Assembly: GCA_049975265.1 (NCBI GenBank)
Contig: JBNGDF010000011.1
Location: 1 to 64,000, forward strand
DNA from: Fidelibacterota bacterium
GTDB lineage: Bacteria > Fidelibacterota > UBA2242
Length of the DNA: 64,000 bases
Reading direction: 5' to 3'
Shown: positions 1 through 9,161 of the stretch, piece by piece
How positions within the stretch are numbered: position 1 is the first letter of the stretch
How the letters are laid out: each line of letters starts with the position of its first letter
Position numbers and translations under genes: made by a program
The notes under the pieces: generated by a model
What the model was told of the DNA's origin: nothing
What the model saw: the letters and a program-made list of their open reading frames with translations, nothing else
Databases searched by the model: none

Positions 1-126
1 CAATCCCTGCGCCAGTCCATCCTGAAGCGGGCATTTGAGGGGAAGTTGGTGCCGCAGGACCCCAATGATGAGCCGGCAAGTGTGTTGCTGGAGAGGATCA
101 GGAAAGAGAAGCGAAGTGTAAAATGA
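1..126 (+). CDS. hsdS: Type I restriction-modification specificity subunit, C-terminal end (5' truncated by window)
   Basis: Hand translation of frame 1 gives [41 protein letters not shown], the typical HsdS C-terminus ([25 protein letters not shown]). hsdM lies about 2 kb downstream. Confidence 0.88.
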   Translation, partial: QSLRQSILKRAFEGKLVPQDPNDEPASVLLERIRKEKRSVK

Positions 127-272
127 ATCGTAACGCTTATATTGCGCGGTAACAGCCGGAATGTTAATGTGCATATTACGGTTATTTTGGTGGAATATAT
201 TAACGTTTTATATGCAATATCGGTCACAATGTGATACTTAATGCGTTTGACATGCAAAAGAGACACAAGAAA

Positions 273-331
273 ATGAGTTTATTATTGCACAACCTATCAT
301 TATTTGTTAGGTTATGCGCGTAAAAACTCAT
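273..331 (+). promoter_or_regulatory. Imperfect 24-bp inverted repeat overlapping a putative sigma70 promoter (candidate AbiEi operator)
   Basis: Arms 273-296 (atgagtttattattgcacaaccta) and 308-331 (reverse complement atgagtttttacgcgcataaccta) match at 18/24, with an 11-nt spacer. TTGCAC-17 nt-TAGGTT with an upstream TG lies inside it, directly before the AbiEi-like gene. Confidence 0.55.
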
Positions 332-340
332 ATTGATACA

Positions 341-1144
341 ATGAAAAAAGAATATCAGTACCTGCAAAAATTCATTGATGATCGCCAAAGTCGAGGCCAG
401 TATACCTTCAGCCTGGATGAACTGCGTTCCGAATTCAAGGTCAGTGACGTGGCGTTGGAGCGCGCAATCGGCAGATACATCCGTAAAAATCGCATCGTCT
501 CGATCCACAAAGGTTTTTATGCTCTTGTCCCGTTGGAATATCGCTCCATGGGGATTTTGCCGCCGGAGCAGTTTATTGATGATCTTATGACCTATCTGCG
601 CAAGCCCTATTACATGGGTTTGCTCACCGCAGCGGCACTCCACGGCGCGGCCCATCAGCGTCCCCAGGAATCCTATGTGGTGACTGTCAGTAATATGCGT
701 CCCTTATACAAAAAGGGCGTCAAAGTTAATTTCGTTCTTAAATCTTCTATTCCGGCAATTGCATTGGTAGATAAAAAAACGCTGACTGGCTATCTGAAGG
801 TCTCTAATCCGGTACTGACCGCATATGACCTGCTTTTGTATTTATATAAAGTCGGTGGTCTTAGCCGTACCGCTGAAATCCTGTCAGAATTGGTTGAAGT
901 TATCAAACCGGAAGATTGGAAGATTCTGTCTGAGATAGATGTGAAAGTAGCACCGTTGCAACGGCTGGGATATATTCTGGAAATTACTCTAAAACTAACT
1001 ATTCTGGCAGATGGTCTTTACCAGGTCATTCAAAACCAGATTCGGTTTCGTGTTCCCCTAAATCCCCGCAAAGCCAAGACCGGTTTCCCGGTCAATAATC
1101 GGTGGAAAGTTATTGAAAATTACCAGATAGAAGCGGAAATATGA
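341..1144 (+). CDS. Type IV toxin-antitoxin antitoxin, AbiEi family (winged-HTH + C-terminal domain)
   Basis: ORF 314..1144; start at 341 preferred because 314 lies inside the inverted repeat. Motifs GQYTFS, KGFYALVPLEY, YYMGLLTAAALHGAAHQRPQ, LQRLGYILE and RWKVIEN are typical of this antitoxin family. Confidence 0.8.
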   Translation: MKKEYQYLQKFIDDRQSRGQYTFSLDELRSEFKVSDVALERAIGRYIRKNRIVSIHKGFYALVPLEYRSMGILPPEQFIDDLMTYLRKPYYMGLLTAAALHGAAHQRPQESYVVTVSNMRPLYKKGVKVNFVLKSSIPAIALVDKKTLTGYLKVSNPVLTAYDLLLYLYKVGGLSRTAEILSELVEVIKPEDWKILSEIDVKVAPLQRLGYILEITLKLTILADGLYQVIQNQIRFRVPLNPRKAKTGFPVNNRWKVIENYQIEAEI

Positions 1145-1221
1145 TACCCCAAATCATTATATTTGATTATTTGAATAAGAAGCTCTTTTCAAAAATGAAC
1201 CCACAAATAGGATTAGTATAA
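1141..1221 (+). pseudogene. Probable remnant of AbiEii nucleotidyltransferase toxin (26-codon mini-ORF starting MIPQ)
   Basis: ATGA overlap with the antitoxin stop. Translates MIPQIIIFDYLNKKLFSKMNPQIGLV*, and its TAA overlaps the next ATG (TAATG). Toxins paired with this antitoxin family often start MIP(Q/R), from recall. Confidence 0.45.
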
Positions 1222-2237
1222 TGACCGACGCGGCAGGCAAAGGCGACATAATCATCTACCAGCCGGAAAACGACGTTCCGGCGCTGGAAGTACGATTAGA
1301 CGAGGAAACCGTCTGGCTGTCACTTAATCAGATATCCACATTATTTGGGAGAGATAAGTCTGTCATATCACGTCACATCCGAAATATATATCAGACACAA
1401 GAATTAAGCCGAAAGGCAACTGTTGCAAAATATGCAACAGTTCAAACCGAGGGAGACCGCCAGGTTGAAAGACAAATTGAATATTATAATCTGGATCTGA
1501 TCATCTCTGTCGGTTACCGGGTAAATTCTAAGCTGGGTACTCAATTTCGCATCTGGGCGACCAATGTTTTGAAGCAGCATATTATCCAGGGATATACAAT
1601 CAATGAGAAACGCTTAAAGGAAGCCCGTGATAACTTCAGAAAGTTAAAAGACAGCGTCGAAGTCTTCCAACGGGTCGTTGAGAACCGGACCCTGACAGAT
1701 GCGGAGGCGAAGGGCATTGTCCAAGTCATTCGTGACTATGCCCATGCGCTGGACACTCTTGATAGCTATGACCGCCAGAGTCTGACCGTTCAAAACGTCA
1801 ATACCAACGAGCGATTCACCCTGGACTATGAAAAAGCCAAAACTGCACTGAAGGAATTAATCAATGCCGAATCCGGAAAACCGGATCGGGGAAATCTCTA
1901 TGGCAAAGAACGTGGCAAAATCATGCAAGGAATCATTGCTTCCGTATATCAAACCGTCGGCGGCGAAGATGCCTACCCCAGCATTGAGGAAAAAGCCGCT
2001 CACCTGCTCTACTTTTTAATTAAGAATCATCCCTTTATTGATGGAAATAAACGGATCGCCGGGGCAATGTTTCTCTGGTTTTTGGAACAGAACCGCTGGC
2101 TTTATCATCCCGATGGAAGTAAACGGATTGCCGATAATGCCCTGACAGCACTCTGTCTGATGGTTGCCCAGAGTGATCCAAAGGAAAAAGACCTGATTGT
2201 AAAAGTAATCATTAACCTGATCAATAAGGATAATTAA
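1221..2237 (+). CDS. RhuM-family DNA-binding domain fused to Fic/Doc domain
   Basis: N-terminal ETVWLSLNQISTLFGRDKSVISRHI...YNLDLIISVGYRVNS...FRIWA (RhuM-like); C-terminal HPFIDGNKR Fic/Doc motif. Confidence 0.88.
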   Translation: MTDAAGKGDIIIYQPENDVPALEVRLDEETVWLSLNQISTLFGRDKSVISRHIRNIYQTQELSRKATVAKYATVQTEGDRQVERQIEYYNLDLIISVGYRVNSKLGTQFRIWATNVLKQHIIQGYTINEKRLKEARDNFRKLKDSVEVFQRVVENRTLTDAEAKGIVQVIRDYAHALDTLDSYDRQSLTVQNVNTNERFTLDYEKAKTALKELINAESGKPDRGNLYGKERGKIMQGIIASVYQTVGGEDAYPSIEEKAAHLLYFLIKNHPFIDGNKRIAGAMFLWFLEQNRWLYHPDGSKRIADNALTALCLMVAQSDPKEKDLIVKVIINLINKDN

Positions 2238-2241
2238 TAAC

Positions 2242-3693
2242 ATGACCGACGCCTCTGCCTTAGTATCGAAACTCTGGAATTATTGCAATGTACTCCGCGA
2301 CGATGGCGTGAGTTATGGCGATTATGTTGAGCAATTGACGTATTTACTGTTTCTGAAAATGGATGACGAGCGCAGCAAACCACCCTATAATAAAGAATCC
2401 CGGATACCGGCCGAATTCAACTGGGAAAGCCTGCGAAATAAAGAGGGCGATGAACTGGAATTGCATTACCGCCATTTACTGGAAAGCCTGGGTAAAGAAT
2501 CTGGAATTATAGGCGTCATCTTCCGTAAGTCTCAAAACAAGATTCAGGATCCTGCAAAATTAAGACGTATCATTAAAATGATCGATGATGAAACCTGGAT
2601 GGGTTTGGAAGTTGATGTAAAGAGTGAAACTTATGAAGGTTTACTTCAGAAGAATGCGGAAGACGTAAAGAGCGGTGCCGGTCAGTATTTTACACCCAGG
2701 CCATTGATTAATGCTATCGTTGAAGTCATGCAGCCGGAACCTGATATACAGATCATGGACCCGGCTTGTGGTACTGGTGGATTTCTTATTTCAGCCCACG
2801 ATTATATTGCCAGCCATTATCAATTGGACAAAGAACAGAAACAACGATTACGAAAGGATTCCCTTTCCGGAATAGAGATCGCGGACAGTGTCGCCCGACT
2901 ATGTGTAATGAATATGTATCTGCATGGAATTGGTGGCAATGAAAGCCCGATAGAGGTGAAAGATTCTCTTGAATCATTGGGCAGTGAACGATACGACATG
3001 GTGCTAACCAACCCACCCTTTGGGAAAAAGAGCAGTGTTACAATTATCAATGGCGATGGGAAAGCATCCCGTGAAGCGATTTCCTATGAACGTCAGGACT
3101 TCTGGGCAACAACCTCCAATAAACAGTTGAACTTTGTCCAACATATCAAATCACTCTTAAAGATTAATGGAAAGGCTGCTGTTGTTGTTCCCGATAATGT
3201 ATTATTTGAAGGCGGCGCCGGTGAAACAGTCCGCCGTAAGTTATTACAGGAATATGATGTTCATACGCTACTACGATTACCAACTGGTGTGTTTTATGCC
3301 CAGGGTGTCAAAGCGAATGTAATCTTCTTTGATCGTAAACCAGCCAGCGAAAAGGCCTGGACTGAGAAACTCTGGATATATGATTTACGGACCAATAAAC
3401 ACTTCACCTTGAAAACCAATCCTCTGACTTTTCAAGAATTGGAGGATTTCATTAAATGCTATCACCCGGAAAACCGGCACAATCGCCAGGAATCCGAAAG
3501 GTTTAAATCATTCACCTATGATGAATTGATTCAACGGGATAAAGTGAGTCTGGATATCTTCTGGTTGAAGGATGACAGCCTTGAAGATATGGAGAATCTG
3601 CCGGACCCTGGCGTTCTGGCTGCTGAGATTGCCGATAATCTTGAAGCCGCATTGGAGCAGTTTCGGGGGATAGTGGAAGATTTGGGAGAATAA
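2242..3693 (+). CDS. hsdM: Type I RM N6-adenine methyltransferase (M subunit)
   Basis: KLWNYCNVLRDDG N-terminus, GQYFTPR, DPACGTGGF (SAM binding), NPPF catalytic motif. Confidence 0.93.
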   Translation: MTDASALVSKLWNYCNVLRDDGVSYGDYVEQLTYLLFLKMDDERSKPPYNKESRIPAEFNWESLRNKEGDELELHYRHLLESLGKESGIIGVIFRKSQNKIQDPAKLRRIIKMIDDETWMGLEVDVKSETYEGLLQKNAEDVKSGAGQYFTPRPLINAIVEVMQPEPDIQIMDPACGTGGFLISAHDYIASHYQLDKEQKQRLRKDSLSGIEIADSVARLCVMNMYLHGIGGNESPIEVKDSLESLGSERYDMVLTNPPFGKKSSVTIINGDGKASREAISYERQDFWATTSNKQLNFVQHIKSLLKINGKAAVVVPDNVLFEGGAGETVRRKLLQEYDVHTLLRLPTGVFYAQGVKANVIFFDRKPASEKAWTEKLWIYDLRTNKHFTLKTNPLTFQELEDFIKCYHPENRHNRQESERFKSFTYDELIQRDKVSLDIFWLKDDSLEDMENLPDPGVLAAEIADNLEAALEQFRGIVEDLGE

Positions 3694-4061
3694 AATAAAC
3701 CTCACCGTGCTCCATGTCCATTTGAACGTCTTGTCGGATATATTTGATAAAACCTGTCCAGTTTTTCCCGATTTATACCCACGTTTTGATAATGTGTCCA
3801 CTGGTGGTACAAGTTGTTGGCAATAATAAAGATTGATGCAATCGCAAAAAGTAGCCACAGATCCGCTAGCTGGCGGAAAAACATTAAGAAGTTTTTGAAT
3901 AACAAATGATAATAAATCCTAACATGATAATTGTAAAGAACATAGCAATCTTTGTGTCGTTGCGAGAGGAATTTTTACGAAACCATCAGGATTGATCTTA
4001 TATCAGAATATAGTTATCGATATTTCCTCAGGTGTCCGGCTCCTGGCTTTATGAAAAAGTA

Positions 4062-4907
4062 TTATTTCCGCGCTACGATCAGCTGCAGGTCATCGGCAAA
4101 GTCGTGACCGCCGGAATCGAAGCCCGGATAGAATTCGACGCTGTCAAATCCCGCAGCCAGCAGCAATTGCTGATATTCATCATCGCTGTAGCCGGTGTAT
4201 TGCTGATGAAAATGTTCGACGACACCGCTTTTCAGGATAACGTAGTAATCGGCGGTAGACCGTTTTTGGTTGTCGTCATAATGATACTGATCGAGCAGCA
4301 GGTAGGCTTCATCGGAAAACATGCCGCCGGGCAGCACGGTCCAGCCGGATTCCCGCTCGCCGATATTCCCAACGCCGTCTGCTGTCAAGGCTTCCAGAAG
4401 AAATAAGCCACCGGGGCGCAGGGAGGTGAAAATTTTAGTGGTCAGTTCCCGGGCGGTTTGCGGGTTGAATCCGTTAAAGTCGCCGAAGGTCAGCATGATC
4501 AGTCCGAAATTTCCGCCGAAATCGCCGGACAGATAATCCCGCTGTACAAAGGTACAGGGCAGCGATTTTGCCCGGGCGATGTTTTGGGCATATTCAATCG
4601 CCGCCGGTGCTATATCGAGTCCGGTGCAGCGGTTGCCCGTTTCCGCTAAAATGTGGGAGTACAGCCCCGGACCGCAACCCAGGTCCAGCACCGTTGTGGG
4701 AATTCCACCGAGCAGATGATGATGGATAAAGTGGGCGAGTCGTTCAACGGCGGCTGGTCGGCGACCACCGATATCATGCTCCGGATTCAGCTGGTCCTTG
4801 AGAATCCGGCGGCTGAAATCGGGATCGCTCCAGGGGATTTCCCGGGCGGGCACGGCGTTTTCCGGATGATCAAGAAAATCGCTGAAAGTATAAACTTCTT
4901 TTTTCAT
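4062..4907 (-). CDS. Class I SAM-dependent methyltransferase
   Basis: VLDLGCGPG motif I and GLDIA motif II; start overlaps the upstream gene's stop. Confidence 0.85.
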   Translation of the reverse strand: MKKEVYTFSDFLDHPENAVPAREIPWSDPDFSRRILKDQLNPEHDIGGRRPAAVERLAHFIHHHLLGGIPTTVLDLGCGPGLYSHILAETGNRCTGLDIAPAAIEYAQNIARAKSLPCTFVQRDYLSGDFGGNFGLIMLTFGDFNGFNPQTARELTTKIFTSLRPGGLFLLEALTADGVGNIGERESGWTVLPGGMFSDEAYLLLDQYHYDDNQKRSTADYYVILKSGVVEHFHQQYTGYSDDEYQQLLLAAGFDSVEFYPGFDSGGHDFADDLQLIVARK

Positions 4908-6238
4908 TACAGTAATGTGCTGGCGATGTCCGCCAGTTCCGAGCGTTCGCCCTTTTCTAGGTTGATATGGGCATAGAGTTTCTGACCGTGCATGCGATCA
5001 ATGAGGTAGCTGAGTCCGTTGGATTCGAGATTCAGGTAGGGGTGATCGATCTGAAAAATATCGCCGGTAAAGACCAGTTTTGTGCCGTCGCCGGCGCGGG
5101 TGATGATGGTTTTGACTTCATGGGGCGTCAGATTCTGGGCTTCATCGACGATGAAGAAGATTTTAACCAGGCTGCGTCCGCGGATGTAGGTGAGCGGCGC
5201 AATGACCAGCTTCTGCTGGTCGAGCAGCTCCCGGATTTTCTGGTGTTTGGCGCTGGATTCAGGGAACTGGTTGCGGATGACGCCCAGATTATCGAACAGC
5301 GGTTGCATATAGGGATCGAGTTTCGACTGAATGTCGCCGGGCAGAAAACCGATATCCTTGTTGCTGAGCGGTACCACCGGACGAGCCATGAAGATCTGGG
5401 TGTAGCTTTTGCGCCGTTCCAGGGCGGCTGCCAGCGCCATCAGGGTCTTGCCGGTGCCGGCTTTGCCGGTAATCGTGACCAGCTTAATGTCGGGATTCAT
5501 GAGAGCGTCGAGGACAAAGGTCTGCTCGGCGTTCCGCGGGATGATGCCGTACGCCGGGATTTTGTCAATGCGGGTGATGCGTTCCTTGAAAGCGTTATAG
5601 TTGGCGAGGGCGGAATGGCGCTCATTTCTGAGAATGAAATATTCGTTCGGTGCCGGCAGGGCTTCCGGGAAATTTTCTTGGGGGTCCACTTCATAGGGCG
5701 GCTCGAAAAGTTGCGTCATCAGCGTCTCCGGGGTGTTGTCAATCCGGCGATGACCTTTGTACAATGTGGCAATGTCTTTGACATAGTCGGTGGTGTAGTC
5801 CTGAGCGGGCAGACCGACGGCTTTCGCCTTCATCCGCAGGTTGACATCCTTGGTTACCAGGATGATTTGGCGCGTCGGTGTATGTTTTGCCAGATGATAG
5901 GCGATGTTCAGAATCCGGTGATCGGGGGTTTTGTTGGAAAAATTCAGTGCGAGATCGGAATGAATTTCCCGGTCCAGCTTAATGGAAATTTTGCCCTGCT
6001 GCGCCCCGATCCTGATGCCGCCGTCGAAGAGTTTGTCGCCGCTCAGATCGTCCAGGATGCGCAGGAATTCCCGGGCGTGAAAATTGAGCGTCTGGTTGCC
6101 GGTTTTGAAATGATCCAGCTCTTCAAGCACGGTAATGGGAATAACGACATCGTGTTCCTGAAAATGATTGATGCAGGAGCTGTCGTGGAGAATGACATTG
6201 GTGTCCAGAACAAAGATTTTCGCCGCTTTTTCTGGCAT
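4907..6238 (-). CDS. PIN-PhoH (PhoH2-like) ribonuclease/ATPase
   Basis: PIN motifs VLDTNV, EELD, TKDVNLR; PhoH motifs GKAGTGKT, RGRS, DEAQN, TGDIFQID. Start at 6238 follows an AAGGAAG RBS (ORF track starts at 6259). Confidence 0.92.
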   Translation of the reverse strand: MPEKAAKIFVLDTNVILHDSSCINHFQEHDVVIPITVLEELDHFKTGNQTLNFHAREFLRILDDLSGDKLFDGGIRIGAQQGKISIKLDREIHSDLALNFSNKTPDHRILNIAYHLAKHTPTRQIILVTKDVNLRMKAKAVGLPAQDYTTDYVKDIATLYKGHRRIDNTPETLMTQLFEPPYEVDPQENFPEALPAPNEYFILRNERHSALANYNAFKERITRIDKIPAYGIIPRNAEQTFVLDALMNPDIKLVTITGKAGTGKTLMALAAALERRKSYTQIFMARPVVPLSNKDIGFLPGDIQSKLDPYMQPLFDNLGVIRNQFPESSAKHQKIRELLDQQKLVIAPLTYIRGRSLVKIFFIVDEAQNLTPHEVKTIITRAGDGTKLVFTGDIFQIDHPYLNLESNGLSYLIDRMHGQKLYAHINLEKGERSELADIASTLL

Positions 6239-6271
6239 TGGTTCTTCCTTTGATTTCAATTTTTAGATGTA

Positions 6272-6976
6272 TCATTTTTTACGGTAATGTAAAATCACGT
6301 TCCTGACCCGGTCCGGGTAATCGGTAAAAACGCCGTCAACGCCCAGGTCCAGCATCCACTGAGCGTCATCCGGAAAATTTACGGTATACACATAGACCTT
6401 TAGATTTTTCCTATGAATCAGGTCCACAATCTCCGGGCTGATGAATTCGATGCTGATATTGATGGAGTGCGGTCGGATTTCCTCCATAATCCGGTCAAAA
6501 TCCAGCGGCACGCCGTACATCAAAACACCGATCTGAATGGCGGGATTCCGTTCGCGAACGGTTTTCAGCTCGAAATGGTTAAAAGATGAAATCATGAACT
6601 GTTCCAGCGACCAGTGGTGATGAGTGATGTAATGGTCAATCAGGTTCATCACGGCAGTTGCGGTGGCGGCGCTTTTTAGTTCGATATTAATGCCTTTGCG
6701 CCGGTTGACCAGGTCGAAAACCTCTCCGAGGAGGGGGATTTTTTCACCCTGACCGGCATCCAGGCTGTGGATGGATTCGATGGATTGGTGATAGAGTATT
6801 CCCTTGCCGTTGGTGGTGCGGTCGAGCCGGTAGTCGTGGATCACCAGGAGTTCACCGTCTACCTGATGGACATCCAGTTCGAGCCAGTCGGCACCCCGCC
6901 GGATGGCTTCTTCAAAGGATTTCAGTGTATTTTCCGGAGCGTAACCGGGTGCGCCCTGATGACCAAAGACAATCAT
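6272..6976 (-). CDS. Glycerophosphodiester phosphodiesterase family protein
   Basis: GHQGAPGYAPENTL, ELDV, IHD..LDRTTNG, NIELK, YTVN, GVDGVFTDYP. Confidence 0.88.
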   Translation of the reverse strand: MIVFGHQGAPGYAPENTLKSFEEAIRRGADWLELDVHQVDGELLVIHDYRLDRTTNGKGILYHQSIESIHSLDAGQGEKIPLLGEVFDLVNRRKGINIELKSAATATAVMNLIDHYITHHHWSLEQFMISSFNHFELKTVRERNPAIQIGVLMYGVPLDFDRIMEEIRPHSINISIEFISPEIVDLIHRKNLKVYVYTVNFPDDAQWMLDLGVDGVFTDYPDRVRNVILHYRKK

Positions 6977-9141
6977 TTGATTCCTTTGAGGCTGAGCCCG
7001 ATGCGACCGCGCTCGGGATCAATAGAGATGATTTTGACGTCAATGATATCCCCCACGGAGAGCACTTTATGAGGGTCTTTGACGAAGCGTTCGCCCATCT
7101 GGCTGATGTGGATCAGACCGTCCTGTTTGACACCGATGTCCACGAAGGCGCCGAAATCAACGACGTTACGGACGGTGCCTTTCAGGATCATTCCTTCCCG
7201 CAAATCCTCGATTTTCAGAATGTCGCTTTTCAGCAGCGGTTTCGGTAAATCCTCCCGGGGATCGCGTCCCGGCTTTTCCAGATTATCCAGAATGTCCCGC
7301 AGGGTCGGTTCACCCAGCTGCAATTCCTCCGCCAGCTGACGGATTTCCTGGGATTGCGATTTAAGTTGGCGAATCAGGGTTTTTCCGCCCTGGTGAATGT
7401 CGGTAATCGCCAGTTTTTGGAGAAGTTTCCGGGTTGCGTCGTAGGATTCGGGATGGATGGAGGTGTTATCCAGGGGATTGGTGCCGTTGGGAATCCGCAG
7501 AAATCCGGCGCACTGTTCAAAGGAGTTGATTCCGATTCCCGAGACCTCTTTCAGTTCTTCCCGATTCCGGAAAGACCCTCTTTGTTCCCGGTATTTCACG
7601 ATATTTTCGGCGCTGCGACTGGTCAGACCGGAGACATAAGTGAGCAGCGCTTTGGAGGCGGTGTTCAGATTGACCCCTACCTGATTGACGCAATCTTCCA
7701 CCACGGCGTGCAGCGCTTCGTGCAGTTTTTTCTGGTTCACGTCGTGCTGATACTGACCCACGCCGATGCTTTTCGGTTCGATCTTGACCAGCTCCGCCAG
7801 TGGATCGAGCAGCCGCCGGGCGATGGAAATATTGCCCCGCAGACCGGCTTCCAGATCGGGAAATTCCTCCTGGGCGATTTTGGAAGCGGAATAGACCGAA
7901 GCACCGGCTTCATTGACGATAATGTAACTGATTTTGCGATGGGCGGACTGTTCGGCAATCAATTCTGCTATCAGGAATTCGGTCTCCCGGCTGGCGGTGC
8001 CGTTGCCAATGGCGATGACATCCGCCGAATATTGTTCAATCAGCCGGTTCAGGACTGTTTTTGCTGCGCCGAATTGATTCTGGGGCGGGTGCGGATAGAT
8101 CGTGGCACCTTCCAGATATTTGCCGGTTTTATCAATGACAGCCACTTTACAGCCGGTACGAAAGCCCGGATCAATACCGAGAATGACTTTATCGGCGACG
8201 GGTGGCTGAAGCAGCAGGTTTTTCAGGTTGGTGGCAAAGACCCGGATCGCCTGTTCTTCCGCCTCTTCGGTGAGCTGATGGCGAATGTCCCGCTCAATAG
8301 CCGGTGCCAGTAACCGTTTGTAGCTGTCTTCGACAGCGGCATTGAGATATTCGAAAAAAATGGAGTCGGGATTGGTGACAATTACCTTTTTAATAATTTC
8401 GGAAGCCTGTTCGCCGTCTGAATCAATGGAGACCTTCAGGATATTTTCCTTCTCACCGCGGTTGATTGCCAGGATCCGGTGGGACGGAATTTTCGCCACC
8501 GGTTCCGCATAGTCGTAGTACATTTCATAGACGGTGGTGACGGAAGCGTCCCGGGCAGTCGCCGTGAGTAAACCATGGGTGAAGACAAATTCCCGGATTT
8601 TTTTACGAATGTCGGCGTCCTCGGCAATTGTCTCAGCGATGATGTCGCCGGCGCCGGCGAGGGCTTCCGTGGCGGAATTAACCTCCGTCTCAGGATTGAC
8701 AAATCGTCGCGCATAATCCAACGGATTGCCGGAAGTGGTCTGCTGTTGCAGGATAAGGTCTGCCAGCGTCTGCAACCCTTTTCTCTTTGCAATCGTTGCC
8801 CGGGTGCGTTTTTTTGGTTTGTAGGGAAGGTAGAGGTCCTCAAGGTCCTGAAGTTTGGTTACGGATTCGATTTTGGCTCTTAAATCGGAGCTCAGTTTAC
8901 CCTGTTCGGCAATGCTTTTCAGGACGGTCTCTTTGCGTTTTTCGAGGCTACGGAGATAGTCGATGCGCTGCTGAATGTCGCGAATGTGGTTTTCGTTCAG
9001 TTCACCGGTCTGCTCTTTCCGGTATCGGGCGATGAAGGGGACCGTATTATCGTCGTCCAGTAACTGGATAGTATTGGTCACCTGGCGGTGGCTGAGCTGC
9101 AGCTCTGCGGCGACAATATTGATCATCTGATCGGTGGTCAT
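6973..9141 (-). CDS. tex: Tex-family RNA-binding transcriptional accessory protein (S1 domain)
   Basis: TVPFIARYRKE, GIDPGFRTGCK, GNGTASRETE, IGVGQYQHDV; C-terminal S1 domain FGAFVDIGVKQDGLIHIS. Confidence 0.95.
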   Translation of the reverse strand: MTTDQMINIVAAELQLSHRQVTNTIQLLDDDNTVPFIARYRKEQTGELNENHIRDIQQRIDYLRSLEKRKETVLKSIAEQGKLSSDLRAKIESVTKLQDLEDLYLPYKPKKRTRATIAKRKGLQTLADLILQQQTTSGNPLDYARRFVNPETEVNSATEALAGAGDIIAETIAEDADIRKKIREFVFTHGLLTATARDASVTTVYEMYYDYAEPVAKIPSHRILAINRGEKENILKVSIDSDGEQASEIIKKVIVTNPDSIFFEYLNAAVEDSYKRLLAPAIERDIRHQLTEEAEEQAIRVFATNLKNLLLQPPVADKVILGIDPGFRTGCKVAVIDKTGKYLEGATIYPHPPQNQFGAAKTVLNRLIEQYSADVIAIGNGTASRETEFLIAELIAEQSAHRKISYIIVNEAGASVYSASKIAQEEFPDLEAGLRGNISIARRLLDPLAELVKIEPKSIGVGQYQHDVNQKKLHEALHAVVEDCVNQVGVNLNTASKALLTYVSGLTSRSAENIVKYREQRGSFRNREELKEVSGIGINSFEQCAGFLRIPNGTNPLDNTSIHPESYDATRKLLQKLAITDIHQGGKTLIRQLKSQSQEIRQLAEELQLGEPTLRDILDNLEKPGRDPREDLPKPLLKSDILKIEDLREGMILKGTVRNVVDFGAFVDIGVKQDGLIHISQMGERFVKDPHKVLSVGDIIDVKIISIDPERGRIGLSLKGIK

Positions 9142-9161
9142 CGGTTCATTTCCCGGATTTG

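Noticed and set aside
3955..3990. tgtcgttgcgagagg...acgaaaccatc, faintly like GTCATTGCGAG...GAAGCAATC-type palindromic repeats
   Set aside because: Too degenerate and seen only once.
4967..6253. 428-aa + strand ORF
   Set aside because: Antisense shadow of the PIN-PhoH gene with no recognisable motifs.
7354..8313. 319-aa + strand ORF
   Set aside because: Antisense shadow of tex.
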